NCBI GenBank assembly: GCA_964607415.1
Contig: CAZSKK010000001.1
Location: 260,190 to 324,189 of the forward strand
DNA from: an uncultured Candidatus Saccharibacteria bacterium
GTDB lineage: Bacteria > Patescibacteriota > Dojkabacteria > J137
Length of the DNA stretch: 64,000 nt
Direction: 5' to 3'
Shown: positions 28,806 to 39,833 of the stretch, piece after piece
Layout of the letters: each line of letters opens with the position of its first letter
Numbering within the stretch: position 1 is the stretch's first letter
Translations under genes and position numbers: made by a program
Notes under the pieces: model-generated
What the model was told of the DNA's origin: nothing
Database searches by the model: none
The model's input: the letters and a program-made list of their open reading frames with translations, nothing else

Positions 28806-28887
28806 AATAACCCCTCCGGCACTAAAAGTGCCACCTCCGCTTTAAAAAGGGGAGAAAGGCGCGTAGCACCAGGAGGGAGGGGTTATT
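28806..28887. repeat. Family-B palindromic element between convergent genes
   Basis: AATAACCCCTCC/GGAGGGGTTATT terminal inverted repeat with internal hairpins. Confidence 0.85.
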
Positions 28888-28890
28888 CAA

Positions 28891-29973
28891 CTACCCATTG
28901 TGCTTAAAAAGCATTATATCTCCATCTTTCACAATATATGTTTTTCCTTCTAACCTAACTTTGCCTTTTTCTTTAGATTTAACCCAACCACCAAACTCCA
29001 CAAAATCTTGCCAGAAAACTACATCTGCGGCAATAAAGTTTTTCATTATATCTGTATGAATAGCTCCAGACGCTTGTTGTGCGTTTTCACCTTGCCTGAT
29101 AGTCCAGGCCCTGACTTCTGTAGGGCCTGAGGTAAAATATGAAATCAAACCTAAATGCTTGTACGCCTCTTGAGTTAATGTTTGTAAGCCAGTTTTTTCT
29201 ATTCCTAATTCTTTCATAAATTCAGCTCTCTCATCTTCTGTCATATTTGTAAGCTCTGCCTCTGTTTGAACATCCATAGGAACTACAATATTCTCACCAA
29301 CTAATGGTTTAATTTTAGCCATAACTGCATCTTTTTCTGCATCTTTTACATTTAAAAGAAATATTACAGGTTTATCCGTTAATAAAAACATTGTTTTTCT
29401 AAGTTCTTCAACTTCTTCATTGTTTGAATGTGGAAATTCAACAGCAAGCTTTCCGTTAGATAGATGCTGCATAAAAGCTTCAATAAAATCAACAACTGGT
29501 TTCATTTTTGCGTCGGTTCTTGCAAATCCTTTAATTGAAGATTTCTTTTTTTCAACTGTTTCAATATCTTTTAAAATTAATTCTGTATTAATTAATTCTA
29601 TGTCTCTTGCTGGATCAATAGAATTTTCTACGTGAGTAATATTTGGATCCTCAAATCCTCTAACTAAATGTACGATTGCAGAAACTTCTCTGATGTTTGC
29701 TAAAAATTGATTTCCAAGTCCTTCACCACTTGCTGCACCTTTTACAAGGCCCGCTATATCAACAAATTCAACAACTGCATTTGTAATTTTTGCTGGTTTT
29801 TCAACTTCTGCAACTTTGTTTAATCTTTCATCAAAAACTGGAACAATTCCAAAGTTTGGATCGATTGTTGCAAAAGGATAATTTGCAGCTAAAACTTTTT
29901 GACTTGTTAGTGCATTAAATAATGTGGATTTACCAACATTTGGTAATCCTACAATTCCTAAAGATAGTTTCAT
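28891..29973 (-). CDS. ychF: Redox-regulated ATPase YchF
   Basis: GIVGLPNVGKST, ANYPFATIDPN, DIAGLV, GLGNQFL and TGS domain. Confidence 0.95.
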   Translation of the reverse strand: MKLSLGIVGLPNVGKSTLFNALTSQKVLAANYPFATIDPNFGIVPVFDERLNKVAEVEKPAKITNAVVEFVDIAGLVKGAASGEGLGNQFLANIREVSAIVHLVRGFEDPNITHVENSIDPARDIELINTELILKDIETVEKKKSSIKGFARTDAKMKPVVDFIEAFMQHLSNGKLAVEFPHSNNEEVEELRKTMFLLTDKPVIFLLNVKDAEKDAVMAKIKPLVGENIVVPMDVQTEAELTNMTEDERAEFMKELGIEKTGLQTLTQEAYKHLGLISYFTSGPTEVRAWTIRQGENAQQASGAIHTDIMKNFIAADVVFWQDFVEFGGWVKSKEKGKVRLEGKTYIVKDGDIMLFKHNG

Positions 29974-30057
29974 ATATAGTCTGCTTATTCAACTTACCTC
30001 TCTGTAGCAGAGGTCGATCATGCATTTTGTTTCATGATCACGTGAGATAAATAAAAT

Positions 30058-30108
30058 TAGCTGATAGCTGATAGCTGATAGCTGATAGCTGATAGCTGAT
30101 AGCTGATA
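30058..30108. repeat. Perfect heptamer tandem repeat (TAGCTGA)x7
   Basis: Directly visible. Confidence 0.95.
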
Positions 30109-30260
30109 TTACATTTTAGATTACTTAGAACAATTAGTGAACTTAGATTAATTTACCAAAATGATTATAGCAGGAAATTTTAAATATATAATCAGAATAT
30201 TGCATGTCGACAGTTAATGCCGTCTCGTGCTATAATAGATTATTAGTTTATTAAAAATAT

Positions 30261-31310
30261 ATGGCCGATTTTGAAAATTCACATTCGACATACTTAATCG
30301 AAACATTAAGGGGTAACCTTACTGTTTCTGAACAGATTGAAGACCCTATTTTAATAAAACTTGCTGATGAGATTAGATCAATAGCAGATGACATTACCTT
30401 ATATTTTGATCAAAATTGTAGTAATAAGAAGGCTCCGCCTAACATTGTTTTAATTTCTGATGAACTTTTATCTGATTTTTCTGAGGTTAATAGCGGGTTA
30501 ATAAGTAAAAAAGCAAATCACACAGCATTTTATTTAGGCGACAGTACAATATTGATTAATATAACAAGAATTTTAAGTGATTTTGGATTACAAGAACATC
30601 AAATAAATAGACTGAATGAAAAATTAAGTGATGAAGACCAATTAACCCTTCTGGGACCAGATGGGAAACTTTTTTTAAAACTAAGACTTGCAATTGATTT
30701 TTTAGATCATTATGCTATTAAATTAGACGCGAGTAATGGGATACGCTCGCTATTCTCATTTAAGTGGGCTTCGTCAATAAAAAGTAAAGTATTTCATCGC
30801 AAAAATATAGGTATTGTTACTTCATTTGAAAGAGCAACTGAAAAAGGAGCTCGACCGAACTTAGATAATGCAATTTCACACAAAGACTTTTATCAAACAA
30901 ATCTTCTGAAAATATTGGGGTTAAATTTAATTCTGCCTTCAGTTTGTTCGGACACAGAACTAATGACAATTAGTACTGCAGTCTTAACAAGAATTGATGG
31001 TAATCCGAACTTCAACCTTTATAAACCAGATGAGTTTTCTGAAGAAATGAACCGAAATGGAATAAATATAAACGATATAATTGAGTTTTTAAATTCTGAG
31101 AACCCACTAGCCAATATGCTTAGAGTTAATGCATTTGAGCAGGTTGATAAGGTTTCACTAATTCAAACTTTTGCAAGAAGTATACTAAATCCAAACAAAA
31201 ACGATTCAATACTTAAAGCATATTTAATAGCTAGCACGGGAAAAATTAATAATGTTTCGCTTGAAGCCTTATTTCAATTCATATCGGCTACTAGAGATAC
31301 TGAGGGATAA
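30261..31310 (+). CDS. Hypothetical protein
   Basis: 349-aa ORF preceded by TATAAT near 30230. Confidence 0.65.
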   Translation: MADFENSHSTYLIETLRGNLTVSEQIEDPILIKLADEIRSIADDITLYFDQNCSNKKAPPNIVLISDELLSDFSEVNSGLISKKANHTAFYLGDSTILINITRILSDFGLQEHQINRLNEKLSDEDQLTLLGPDGKLFLKLRLAIDFLDHYAIKLDASNGIRSLFSFKWASSIKSKVFHRKNIGIVTSFERATEKGARPNLDNAISHKDFYQTNLLKILGLNLILPSVCSDTELMTISTAVLTRIDGNPNFNLYKPDEFSEEMNRNGININDIIEFLNSENPLANMLRVNAFEQVDKVSLIQTFARSILNPNKNDSILKAYLIASTGKINNVSLEALFQFISATRDTEG

Positions 31311-31345
31311 AGAGTAACCTTAACTTAAAAGAGGAAGTGATTGGA

Positions 31346-33856
31346 TCAATTAGAATATTTAGCTGTTTCTCGTACGCGCTCCACTTCTTGTGCTAGTAGC
31401 TCAATATACAAAGCATACCCAATCTGTGAAATATGACCGTGCTGTTTCTTACCTAACAAATCCCCTGCGCCCCTGATTTCTAAATCTTTAGATGCAATTC
31501 TGAATCCAGCGCCTAAATCCTGGTTATCAACCAAAGATTGTAAGCGCTCTAGATATTTTTTCTGAACAAATTTTTTTGTTTTATCGTTAGAAGTATCCAT
31601 CATTTCGTCTTTTTCTATTTTATAATCTTTAAGTTCTTTACCTTCATAAAACAAATAGCAAAATGCTTTTTCTGGGCTTCGCCCAACCCTGCCTCTAAGC
31701 TGATACAGCTGTGACAGCCCAAATTTATGAGCCTTATTAATTATTATTGTATTAACATTTGAAAGGTCTATTCCATTTTCAATGATAGTTGTACAAATCA
31801 AACAATCATATTTTTTTTCATAAAACTCAAACATAATTTTATCAAGTTCATCTGGATTCATTTGTCCATGAGCAAAAACAAACCTAATTTTTGGCGCAAG
31901 AGTCTCAAGTTTCTTTTTTATAGACTGAATTGTTTGAACTTCGTTATGCAAAAAATAAACCTGACCTCCACGCTGAACCTCAAATTCAATAGCCTTAATA
32001 GCCTTGTTCCAATCGTCTTTTATTATTTCGGTTTTAATAGATTGTCTGCCTTTTGGGGGAGTAGTTATAATCGAAATATTTTGAAGAGAGGACAAAGCTA
32101 AACTTAAAGTTCTTGGAATTGGCGTTGCACTAACACTTAAAACATGAACTCCGTAATTTAACTTTTTGAGTTTTTCCTTTTGAGTAACTCCAAATTTTTG
32201 TTCTTCATCTAAGATTATTAACCCAAGATTTTTAAATTCAACGTCATTACTTAAAAGTCTATGCGTTCCAATAACAATATCTACTTTGCCTTCTTTTAGT
32301 CTTTCTAAAACTTTTTTATTTTCGTAAGGTTTTTTAAATCTAGAAATGTAGTCTATTTCGATTGGAAATTCTTTAAATCTTTCCTTAAAAACTTTAAAAT
32401 GCTGCGCTGTTAATACTGTTGTAGGAGTCAAAACTGCAACTTGTAAACCCTTTTCAACAATCTTAAATGCGGCTCGCATCATAACTTCAGTTTTGCCAAA
32501 GCCTACATCCCCAACCAATAATCGATCCATAGGCTTATCTTTTACCAAATCTTCAAGAATTTCATTTGCAGACCTTATTTGATCCTCAGTTTCTTCAAAC
32601 TTAAATTCATTAACAAACTCTTTATATTCTTTTGAATCTTTCTCAAAAATCGGCTCAGCATGGGAAATTTCCCGTTTAGCATAATGTTCCAAAAGTTCCT
32701 TAGCCAAAAGCCTTACAGAAACTTTAACTTTTGACTTTAAGTGTTCCCAGGAAGCTTTTCCAAGTCTTGTTAATCTTGGATCCATGCCGCTATTTCCGAT
32801 ATATTTTGTAATTTTTTCTATTTGGTGTATAGGAACATAAAGCTCGTCGCCTTCTGCATATTTGATTAATAAATAATCTTCGGCGGTACCAAAAGATTCT
32901 TCCTGCTTCATTCCTGAATAAACCCCAACGCCGTAGTCTTCATGAACAACAAAATCACCAATTTCAATATTCCCTTCAAACTGTCTAAGTAATTTCTGAA
33001 TGTTGTTTGAATTAGATTTTTTAATTTTAGAAACAAATACAGTTCCAAAAAGCTCTCTATCAGTAAATATTGCAATTCTTTCTGACTCTGAAAGAAGTCC
33101 AGCCTGAAGTTTTGGAATATGCTTAAACTTCTTAATTTTTGTTTTGGTATATTTAGCTAAAGTTGTGTTTAATTCATCTTCATGATTAGTTTGAATTAAA
33201 ATTTCATAGCCGTTATTTTTAAGTTTTTCAATCTCTTGTTCAAATATATTTAATTTTGAAAAGAAAAGTGGTGGGAAAGTGTAGTCAGTTTCAGTGTAAT
33301 CGCAGTCTTTTGGAATTTCGTTGAGTTTGGAGGAAGTGAAGATTAAACTCTTGAAACCGGAAGATGGAAGTCGGATACCAGTAGGAGAGTTTCCAGCCTC
33401 TGACCTCTGGTATCCGATAACTACTCGTATACCACTCAGGTCATCCCCTTCATCTTTTTTATATTCAGAAATCACTAATTCATTTAAATCTTTTAACTTT
33501 CTACCCAAAATATCATCATACAAATACATTGATTCTAATTTATCTCCAAAAAACTCAAGCTTAATTGGGAAATCATAACCATATGGCCAAACCGAAACTA
33601 TATCTCCTTTTACACTAAATTCTCCTTTTTGAGTAAGTATATTTTGTCTTTCAAGAGATTTAGATAAGTTTTGAACGAAGTCAGAAAACTTTATCTCATT
33701 AGAATATAGAATATATGAGTGTTGAATGTATTCAAAAGCCTCAATGCTAAATCCTTCGGAATAGACGTGCAAGTTTTCCCCATTTATAAAAAGAGGTACC
33801 AGATGAAGGGGAGCTTTTATTATCCTAACACTTTTCATGACTATGCATTTTAACAT
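31346..33856 (-). CDS. mfd: Transcription-repair coupling factor Mfd, shortened
   Basis: [12 protein letters not shown] (RID), [30 protein letters not shown] and [12 protein letters not shown] (TRG). Confidence 0.9.
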   Translation of the reverse strand: MLKCIVMKSVRIIKAPLHLVPLFINGENLHVYSEGFSIEAFEYIQHSYILYSNEIKFSDFVQNLSKSLERQNILTQKGEFSVKGDIVSVWPYGYDFPIKLEFFGDKLESMYLYDDILGRKLKDLNELVISEYKKDEGDDLSGIRVVIGYQRSEAGNSPTGIRLPSSGFKSLIFTSSKLNEIPKDCDYTETDYTFPPLFFSKLNIFEQEIEKLKNNGYEILIQTNHEDELNTTLAKYTKTKIKKFKHIPKLQAGLLSESERIAIFTDRELFGTVFVSKIKKSNSNNIQKLLRQFEGNIEIGDFVVHEDYGVGVYSGMKQEESFGTAEDYLLIKYAEGDELYVPIHQIEKITKYIGNSGMDPRLTRLGKASWEHLKSKVKVSVRLLAKELLEHYAKREISHAEPIFEKDSKEYKEFVNEFKFEETEDQIRSANEILEDLVKDKPMDRLLVGDVGFGKTEVMMRAAFKIVEKGLQVAVLTPTTVLTAQHFKVFKERFKEFPIEIDYISRFKKPYENKKVLERLKEGKVDIVIGTHRLLSNDVEFKNLGLIILDEEQKFGVTQKEKLKKLNYGVHVLSVSATPIPRTLSLALSSLQNISIITTPPKGRQSIKTEIIKDDWNKAIKAIEFEVQRGGQVYFLHNEVQTIQSIKKKLETLAPKIRFVFAHGQMNPDELDKIMFEFYEKKYDCLICTTIIENGIDLSNVNTIIINKAHKFGLSQLYQLRGRVGRSPEKAFCYLFYEGKELKDYKIEKDEMMDTSNDKTKKFVQKKYLERLQSLVDNQDLGAGFRIASKDLEIRGAGDLLGKKQHGHISQIGYALYIELLAQEVERVRETAKYSN

Positions 33857-33894
33857 GAGTACTGTAATATTTAATTAGTTAAGTAATTTAAGAA

Positions 33895-34671
33895 ATGTCT
33901 TTGTTAGTTTTTAAAGCAATTTCAGAAAATCCAAGAGAATCTTTATCGAGACGTGCGCTAGCCACTTCAATACATAATGAGCTTTCACAAATCTTTGATT
34001 CACTGCAAATCAATGACATACCTGAAATTAATATTTTAGATAGCCAAGAGGAAGATTCAGTACAAAAAGCTCTAAAACTTTTGAGTCAGTTTGATTTAGA
34101 AGAAATTAAAGATTTTATTGAGAAAATAACTGTAAAGGCAACCATTCTGCAGCTCCACACAAATGAATATAAAATTTATTTAGACAGTCTTTTTTTGCCC
34201 TTGTTAAAAGCAAAATTGTATAACGATGAGTTTAATGTCTCAGTTACAGAATCATTTAAGGGGGGAGATCTTTCCAGTAGAGCTACTTTGTTTCTTGCTA
34301 GAGCTGGTATTGTAAAGTTAAAGCAGCTTTTAAATCTAACTTTTCCAGAACTTTTGGCTATTTATAATAATAATTACGCTGCCAGCTCTTCCGCCAATAA
34401 AATTAGTGACGCTCTTCAATTAAAAGGAATGCGCTTATTGAATAGCTATGAAAGAAGGCTAACAAAATTAGACGCTCTGGGTACAAAAGGTGCAAGTTTA
34501 TGCATTTGCGCGGGAATTCTTACTCAAGAAGAATTATGGGAAAAACAATATTCTGGAGCTCAACTTCAAAAAAATCTTGCCCAATATATAGTTCATAGGA
34601 AAAGATATTTGGATCTTAAGTTCCAACAGATACCAATAGTTAAATCATGGATTAATGAAAACGAACATTAA
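33895..34671 (+). CDS. Protein with RNAP alpha-CTD-like domain (paralog of 35848)
   Basis: LSSRATLFLARAGIVKLKQLLNLTFPELL...ISDALQLKGMRL. Confidence 0.6.
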   Translation: MSLLVFKAISENPRESLSRRALATSIHNELSQIFDSLQINDIPEINILDSQEEDSVQKALKLLSQFDLEEIKDFIEKITVKATILQLHTNEYKIYLDSLFLPLLKAKLYNDEFNVSVTESFKGGDLSSRATLFLARAGIVKLKQLLNLTFPELLAIYNNNYAASSSANKISDALQLKGMRLLNSYERRLTKLDALGTKGASLCICAGILTQEELWEKQYSGAQLQKNLAQYIVHRKRYLDLKFQQIPIVKSWINENEH

Positions 34672-34739
34672 CTTTCTAACACCTTAGAAAGCCTCTAGCC
34701 TGTATAACTTTCAGTAATACTTACTATCTTTTCTAGAAG

Positions 34740-35789
34740 TTAATTATTCCTACCTAATCTTCTTTCATTAATAAACCTTTCAATTACAATGTGTGTTATT
34801 TCTGAAAGGATTAAAAGTGAATGTAAGTAAGTTCTTCCTTCTTGTGTGTCCATACTACTAACCATAAACTTAACAAAATCTTCTCTTAATTCTTCTGGGC
34901 ATAGCAGGCATTGTAAAGGAATTTCGTACATATTCATAACATCTGCTCTGTCTAACCAAATATTGTTACCCCTTACGTGAATATCTGAAATCATTAAATT
35001 TTCAGGAATATTTACGCCAAGATTTTGGAATATATCCACTAGCCGATATGAATTTCCACTACCATCCAGTAGTAAATTTCTTAAATATTGACTGAGTTCA
35101 TTAATTATAGGATTTACTGTAATATCTCTACTTGCTTTTAAATACTTATCAAATTCCTCCTCGTTTTGTATATTTGTAAAATCAAATTCAGGATCATTTC
35201 TAACATCATCTTGATACTTGTCCCATATATTAACAATATACTGATATGTAAACCAATCTTTATTTAAAACAGCATCCCTTACTTTTTTGTTAGAAAAATA
35301 ATCATCATAGTTCTTCCTTGATTCCTGTCGTCTTTTTCTTGCATGGACAATACTGACTTCTGCTCTTTTATGAATTTCCTCATCAACAAAAGGTGAAATT
35401 TCAGCTATCAAAGCTTGAATTAGAATTTGTCTTTCTTCCTTTGTATAACCTTTATTGTATTTTTCTATGTCAGCGTCAACCTTATCTTGAATAAATTTTG
35501 CAATTGAGCTCCAAGCTTTTTCTTCAAGATTATGAGTCCAGTGGTGGCTGTATTCAGCTTTCTTATCTTCGGGAAAATTAACAAGATTTACGTACATTGT
35601 TACAAGTGTTTTGGCCTGAAAAGAAAGCTGATACTGCGCAAATGCATATGCTTTCTGATAAATCTGAAGATCCAAAGTCTTTTCTTCTTCAGGTGTTAGG
35701 TTAAATGGATTTTCTGATTGTGGAGTAACCTCACTTTCAACATCTTTGTCATTTGGCAAATTTGGTAAATTATTAAATGAATCACTCAT
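34740..35789 (-). CDS. Hypothetical helical protein
   Basis: 349-aa ORF. Confidence 0.65.
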   Translation of the reverse strand: MSDSFNNLPNLPNDKDVESEVTPQSENPFNLTPEEEKTLDLQIYQKAYAFAQYQLSFQAKTLVTMYVNLVNFPEDKKAEYSHHWTHNLEEKAWSSIAKFIQDKVDADIEKYNKGYTKEERQILIQALIAEISPFVDEEIHKRAEVSIVHARKRRQESRKNYDDYFSNKKVRDAVLNKDWFTYQYIVNIWDKYQDDVRNDPEFDFTNIQNEEEFDKYLKASRDITVNPIINELSQYLRNLLLDGSGNSYRLVDIFQNLGVNIPENLMISDIHVRGNNIWLDRADVMNMYEIPLQCLLCPEELREDFVKFMVSSMDTQEGRTYLHSLLILSEITHIVIERFINERRLGRNN

Positions 35790-35847
35790 ATTTAGTATAT
35801 AACTAATTAATATACTCTATTAGTAAAGTTTGGTGTACAATTTATCA

Positions 35848-36618
35848 ATGGCCTTATTTGTATTTGAAGCTGCTGAACAAAATGAAGATACTCCTCTGAA
35901 CAAGTCCTATGCGCACTCCTTGTATCTTGCTCTTTCATCAGCTCTTGAGGTTACACAGTCACAGGATATATTTTTTCAAGAAATTGTAGATCAATTAACT
36001 CATGAACCTCAGTCTGCAAATGTTGTTGACGTGGCATTAAATTTACTAGTGACAAAGCTTAAATTCCCAAATAGTTCAATTTTTGATGTTTGGCGAAGAT
36101 CAAAAGAATTGGAAATATATGTTAGTCCATCTGATTTTTATAATTACTTGAGTTTAAGGGGTTTGCTTCAAAAGCCCATGGAAATAAAGGTCATAGGAAT
36201 ATCTGAGTTATTTCGTGATAATAAACTAACCTCAAGTGCTTTACAAAGAAATGGTATAGGCACTTTAAAACAGCTGATAAACTTAACCCTAACAGAGTTA
36301 GGCTCTTTAGATAGAATTGGAAAAACTAATATTCAGCATGTACTCCAAATGCTTACACCGCTAGGATATAGTCTACTTACTGAAAGTCAAAGAAAGCGAA
36401 GTAAATTAGATAAACTCGGTACCGATGGTGCGGTGTTTTCAATTAGATGTAAAATTTACAATCTGGACGATTTACTGAATTCTGAATTTTTAACTGCATA
36501 TAAAACAAATAGGAATTCTGCGAACGAACTTGGAAGATTAATGTTTGGTATGAATGAATTTGAACAATCAACTTTCATGAAAGGATGGAGAAAATTTAAT
36601 AAGCTTGACGAACAGTAA
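35848..36618 (+). CDS. Protein with RNAP alpha-CTD-like domain (paralog of 33895)
   Basis: SALQRNGIGTLKQLINLTLTELGSLDRIGKTNIQHVLQMLTPLGYSL. The ATG 35848 start aligns with the paralog's start. Confidence 0.65.
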   Translation: MALFVFEAAEQNEDTPLNKSYAHSLYLALSSALEVTQSQDIFFQEIVDQLTHEPQSANVVDVALNLLVTKLKFPNSSIFDVWRRSKELEIYVSPSDFYNYLSLRGLLQKPMEIKVIGISELFRDNKLTSSALQRNGIGTLKQLINLTLTELGSLDRIGKTNIQHVLQMLTPLGYSLLTESQRKRSKLDKLGTDGAVFSIRCKIYNLDDLLNSEFLTAYKTNRNSANELGRLMFGMNEFEQSTFMKGWRKFNKLDEQ

Positions 36619-39600
36619 CTATATGATCTTCTTCAACCACTGCCCCGTGTAACTTTCGGAAACATTTGAAATTTGCGCTGGAGTTCCTTCGGCAATTATT
36701 TGACCTCCTCCTTGTCCTCCCTCGGGACCTAAATCAATGATCCAATCTGCTGTTTTTATTACATCAAGATTATGCTCAATTACAATAACTGTATTTCCCC
36801 TAGCTACTAGCCCGTGTAGCACAACCAAAAGTTTTCTAACATCTTCAAAATGTAATCCTGTGGTCGGTTCGTCTAAAATATATAATGTTTTACCTGTATA
36901 TCTTTTAGATAACTCCGATGAAAGTTTAACTCTTTGTGATTCTCCACCAGAAAGTGTTGTGGCACCTTGTCCTAGCCTAATATATCCTAACCCAACATCA
37001 TTTAATGTTTGAAGTTTACTTTTAATTACTGGAACTTTATCAAAAAATTCAACAGCTTCTTCAACAGGCATATTCAAAACCTCGGAGATATTCTTACCTT
37101 TATAGTCTATTTGAAGTGTTTCTCTGTTATATCTTAAACCTTTGCATTCTTCACAAGTTACATAAACATCAGGCAAAAACTGCATCGCAATTTTAATTAC
37201 TCCAGCTCCTTCACACTTTTCACACCTTCCACCTTTAACATTGAAGCTAAATCTGCCAGATTTATAACCCCTGATTTTTGACTCTTTGGTTTGAGCAAAA
37301 ATCTCCCTTATTTGGGTAAAAACTCCAGTATAAGTTGCTGGATTTGATCTTGGTGTCCTTCCGATTGGAGATTGATCAATATCAATAATTTTATCAATGT
37401 TCTCAATTCCACGTAGTTCTTTGTAAGCACCAGGGTTATCACTAGCCCCATTTATCTGCTTTGCTAGTGCTTTATACAGCACGTCATTTACGAGTGAGGA
37501 TTTTCCTGAGCCTGAAACTCCAGTTATACTTACAAATCTACCCAATGGAATTTCCAGGTCAACGTTTTTAAGATTATTATGAGTGACGCCATAAAGCTTA
37601 ATGTAATTTCCATTAGATTTTCTAAATTCATGAATACCTATTTCTTTAAGCTCTTTTTTGATTTCAGTTATATCAATTTTTCTTTTGCCACTTAAATACT
37701 TTCCTGTGATAGATCTTTCCTGTTTTATTATGTCTTCTACATTTCCAGTAGCAACAACTTCGCCGCCGTGTTCACCTGCTAAAGGTCCTATGTCCACAAC
37801 GTAATCAGCTTTCCTTATCGTATCTTCATCATGTTCAACAACAACAACAGTGTTTCCAATATCCCTTAAATTTTCTAAGGTTTTAATCAGCCTGTCATTA
37901 TCACGCTGATGTAGGCCAATTGATGGCTCATCAAGTACATACATAACTCCAGTTAAACCTGTTCCTATTTGAGAGGCAAGCCTTATACGCTGAGATTCTC
38001 CCCCCGAAAGTGTTCTTGCAGTCCTATTTAGAGTTAAATATTCAAGTCCAACAGAGTTTAAAAAATTCAATCTTACGGCTATCTCTTTAAAAATTTGTTT
38101 ACCAATTTGCATTTCTTGCTCAGAAAGCTTATCTTCGCTAGCTAAAATTTCTGGAAAAGTAAAAAGTTCAGTAAGCACTGAACCTGCAATCTCCCCTCCT
38201 GATAGAGGATTAGGGGGAGTGTCTTCTCGGGATTGAAGTGATGTTATCCACCTGTGCGCATCTTTAATAGACATATTTCCAATATCTACAATATTTTTGC
38301 CTTCAATTGTTACGGCCAAAGCTTCTTTTTTAAGTCTGTATCCTTTGCATTCTGCGCAGGGTTTTTCAATCATGTATTGCTCAATTTCAGATCTAATATA
38401 TTCTGAATCTGTTTCGCTGTATCGTCTTAGAAGATTTGGAATTACGCCTTCAAATTCAATTTTTAGTGATCTCATTTCTCCGTTCGAATCTTCATATTCA
38501 ATGTCAAATTTTTCATTTTTGACTCCATAAAGTAAGATTTCAAGCTGCTCTTCAGGCAATTTTCCAAGAGATTTTCTTAAATCAATTTTCTTTTTTTCAG
38601 AAACTTTCTGAATTAATCTCATCGTAAATGATTTTGGGTTTTCAATAACTCTATTCCAAGGATAAATTCCACCCTCCATAACAGTTAACCTTGGATTATA
38701 AATATTTGATGGATCAATTTCTTTTATTGTGCCAAGACCATTACAAACAGGGCATGCACCAAAAGGAGAGTTAAAAGAAAAAGTGTGTGGTTCAATTTCT
38801 GAAAAAGATTGTCCTGATTCTGGATCTACTAACTTTTCAGAGTAAAAAACATCATCTGATTGGCCATCAGGAAGATTCACTAAAACTTCTCCATCTCCTA
38901 AATTAATTGAAAGCTCTATTGAATCAGTTAATCTTTTTAAAAGCTCTGAATCATCTTTTGAGTTTTTATCAATAACAAGTCTATCAATAACAAGTTCAAT
39001 ATTGTGTTTTTTAAATTTATCAAGCTTTATTTCTTCTTCAAGACTATAAACATTTCCATCAACTCTAACTCTTACAAAACCCTGAGATAAGAATCTTGAA
39101 AACAATTCTTCGTATGTTCCTTTTCTATTTTTGATTAGGGGTGCAAGTACTATTATTTTTATTGAAGATAGATCTCCCTCTCCCTTGGGAGAGGGTTGGG
39201 GTGAGGTAAACCTCATGTAGTAATTTAAAATATCATCTACAATTTGTTGAACTGTTTGTTTTTCTAATCTTCTACCTGAAATTGGACTTCTTGCATGGCC
39301 GCATCTTGCAAAAAATAATCTTAAATAATCGTAAATTTCGGTAACAGTTCCAACAGTTGAACGAGGATTGTGACCTGCAGATTTTTGATCTATTGAAATT
39401 GCTGGAGATAAACCTTCTATAAGATCCACATCAGGTTTTTCCATTAAACCCAAAAATTGCCTTGCATATGCAGACAATGATTCGACATACCTGCGCTGAC
39501 CTTCAGCATACAATGTATCAAACGCTAAAGATGATTTTCCAGAGCCTGAAAGGCCTGTAATTACCGTAAGTTTATCTTTTGGAAGATCTACGTCTATATT

Positions 39601-39654
39601 CTTAAGATTATTAGTCCTAGCACCTCTAATTTTGATTATATCCATGTGTTGCAT
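36619..39654 (-). CDS. uvrA: Excinuclease ABC subunit A
   Basis: [20 protein letters not shown], two LSGGE signatures, GVSGSGKS and Zn fingers. The start at 39741 in the track runs through a repeat element. Confidence 0.97.
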   Translation of the reverse strand: MQHMDIIKIRGARTNNLKNIDVDLPKDKLTVITGLSGSGKSSLAFDTLYAEGQRRYVESLSAYARQFLGLMEKPDVDLIEGLSPAISIDQKSAGHNPRSTVGTVTEIYDYLRLFFARCGHARSPISGRRLEKQTVQQIVDDILNYYMRFTSPQPSPKGEGDLSSIKIIVLAPLIKNRKGTYEELFSRFLSQGFVRVRVDGNVYSLEEEIKLDKFKKHNIELVIDRLVIDKNSKDDSELLKRLTDSIELSINLGDGEVLVNLPDGQSDDVFYSEKLVDPESGQSFSEIEPHTFSFNSPFGACPVCNGLGTIKEIDPSNIYNPRLTVMEGGIYPWNRVIENPKSFTMRLIQKVSEKKKIDLRKSLGKLPEEQLEILLYGVKNEKFDIEYEDSNGEMRSLKIEFEGVIPNLLRRYSETDSEYIRSEIEQYMIEKPCAECKGYRLKKEALAVTIEGKNIVDIGNMSIKDAHRWITSLQSREDTPPNPLSGGEIAGSVLTELFTFPEILASEDKLSEQEMQIGKQIFKEIAVRLNFLNSVGLEYLTLNRTARTLSGGESQRIRLASQIGTGLTGVMYVLDEPSIGLHQRDNDRLIKTLENLRDIGNTVVVVEHDEDTIRKADYVVDIGPLAGEHGGEVVATGNVEDIIKQERSITGKYLSGKRKIDITEIKKELKEIGIHEFRKSNGNYIKLYGVTHNNLKNVDLEIPLGRFVSITGVSGSGKSSLVNDVLYKALAKQINGASDNPGAYKELRGIENIDKIIDIDQSPIGRTPRSNPATYTGVFTQIREIFAQTKESKIRGYKSGRFSFNVKGGRCEKCEGAGVIKIAMQFLPDVYVTCEECKGLRYNRETLQIDYKGKNISEVLNMPVEEAVEFFDKVPVIKSKLQTLNDVGLGYIRLGQGATTLSGGESQRVKLSSELSKRYTGKTLYILDEPTTGLHFEDVRKLLVVLHGLVARGNTVIVIEHNLDVIKTADWIIDLGPEGGQGGGQIIAEGTPAQISNVSESYTGQWLKKII

Positions 39655-39688
39655 AACTGAGAAATGTGAAGTTTGTAACAGAAGATTA

Positions 39689-39833
39689 TAACACAGCCTC
39701 GCCCCTTTCGCATTCACGAAGACCCTCTCCTGAGACAACATATTATGCTGTAGAATGGAGCTAATAAAATCTCAATAGGCTAATATCCTGTCCTCGGGGT
39801 GGCGAGCAAAGTGAGCCGGGTGATGCTGTGTTA
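39689..39833. repeat. Degenerate family-B element with terminal inverted repeats
   Basis: TAACACAGCCTCGCCC ... GGGTGATGCTGTGTTA. Confidence 0.6.

Noticed and set aside
39655-39741. N-terminal extension of UvrA in the ORF track
   Set aside because: It runs through a repeat element, and UvrA homology starts at [10 protein letters not shown].
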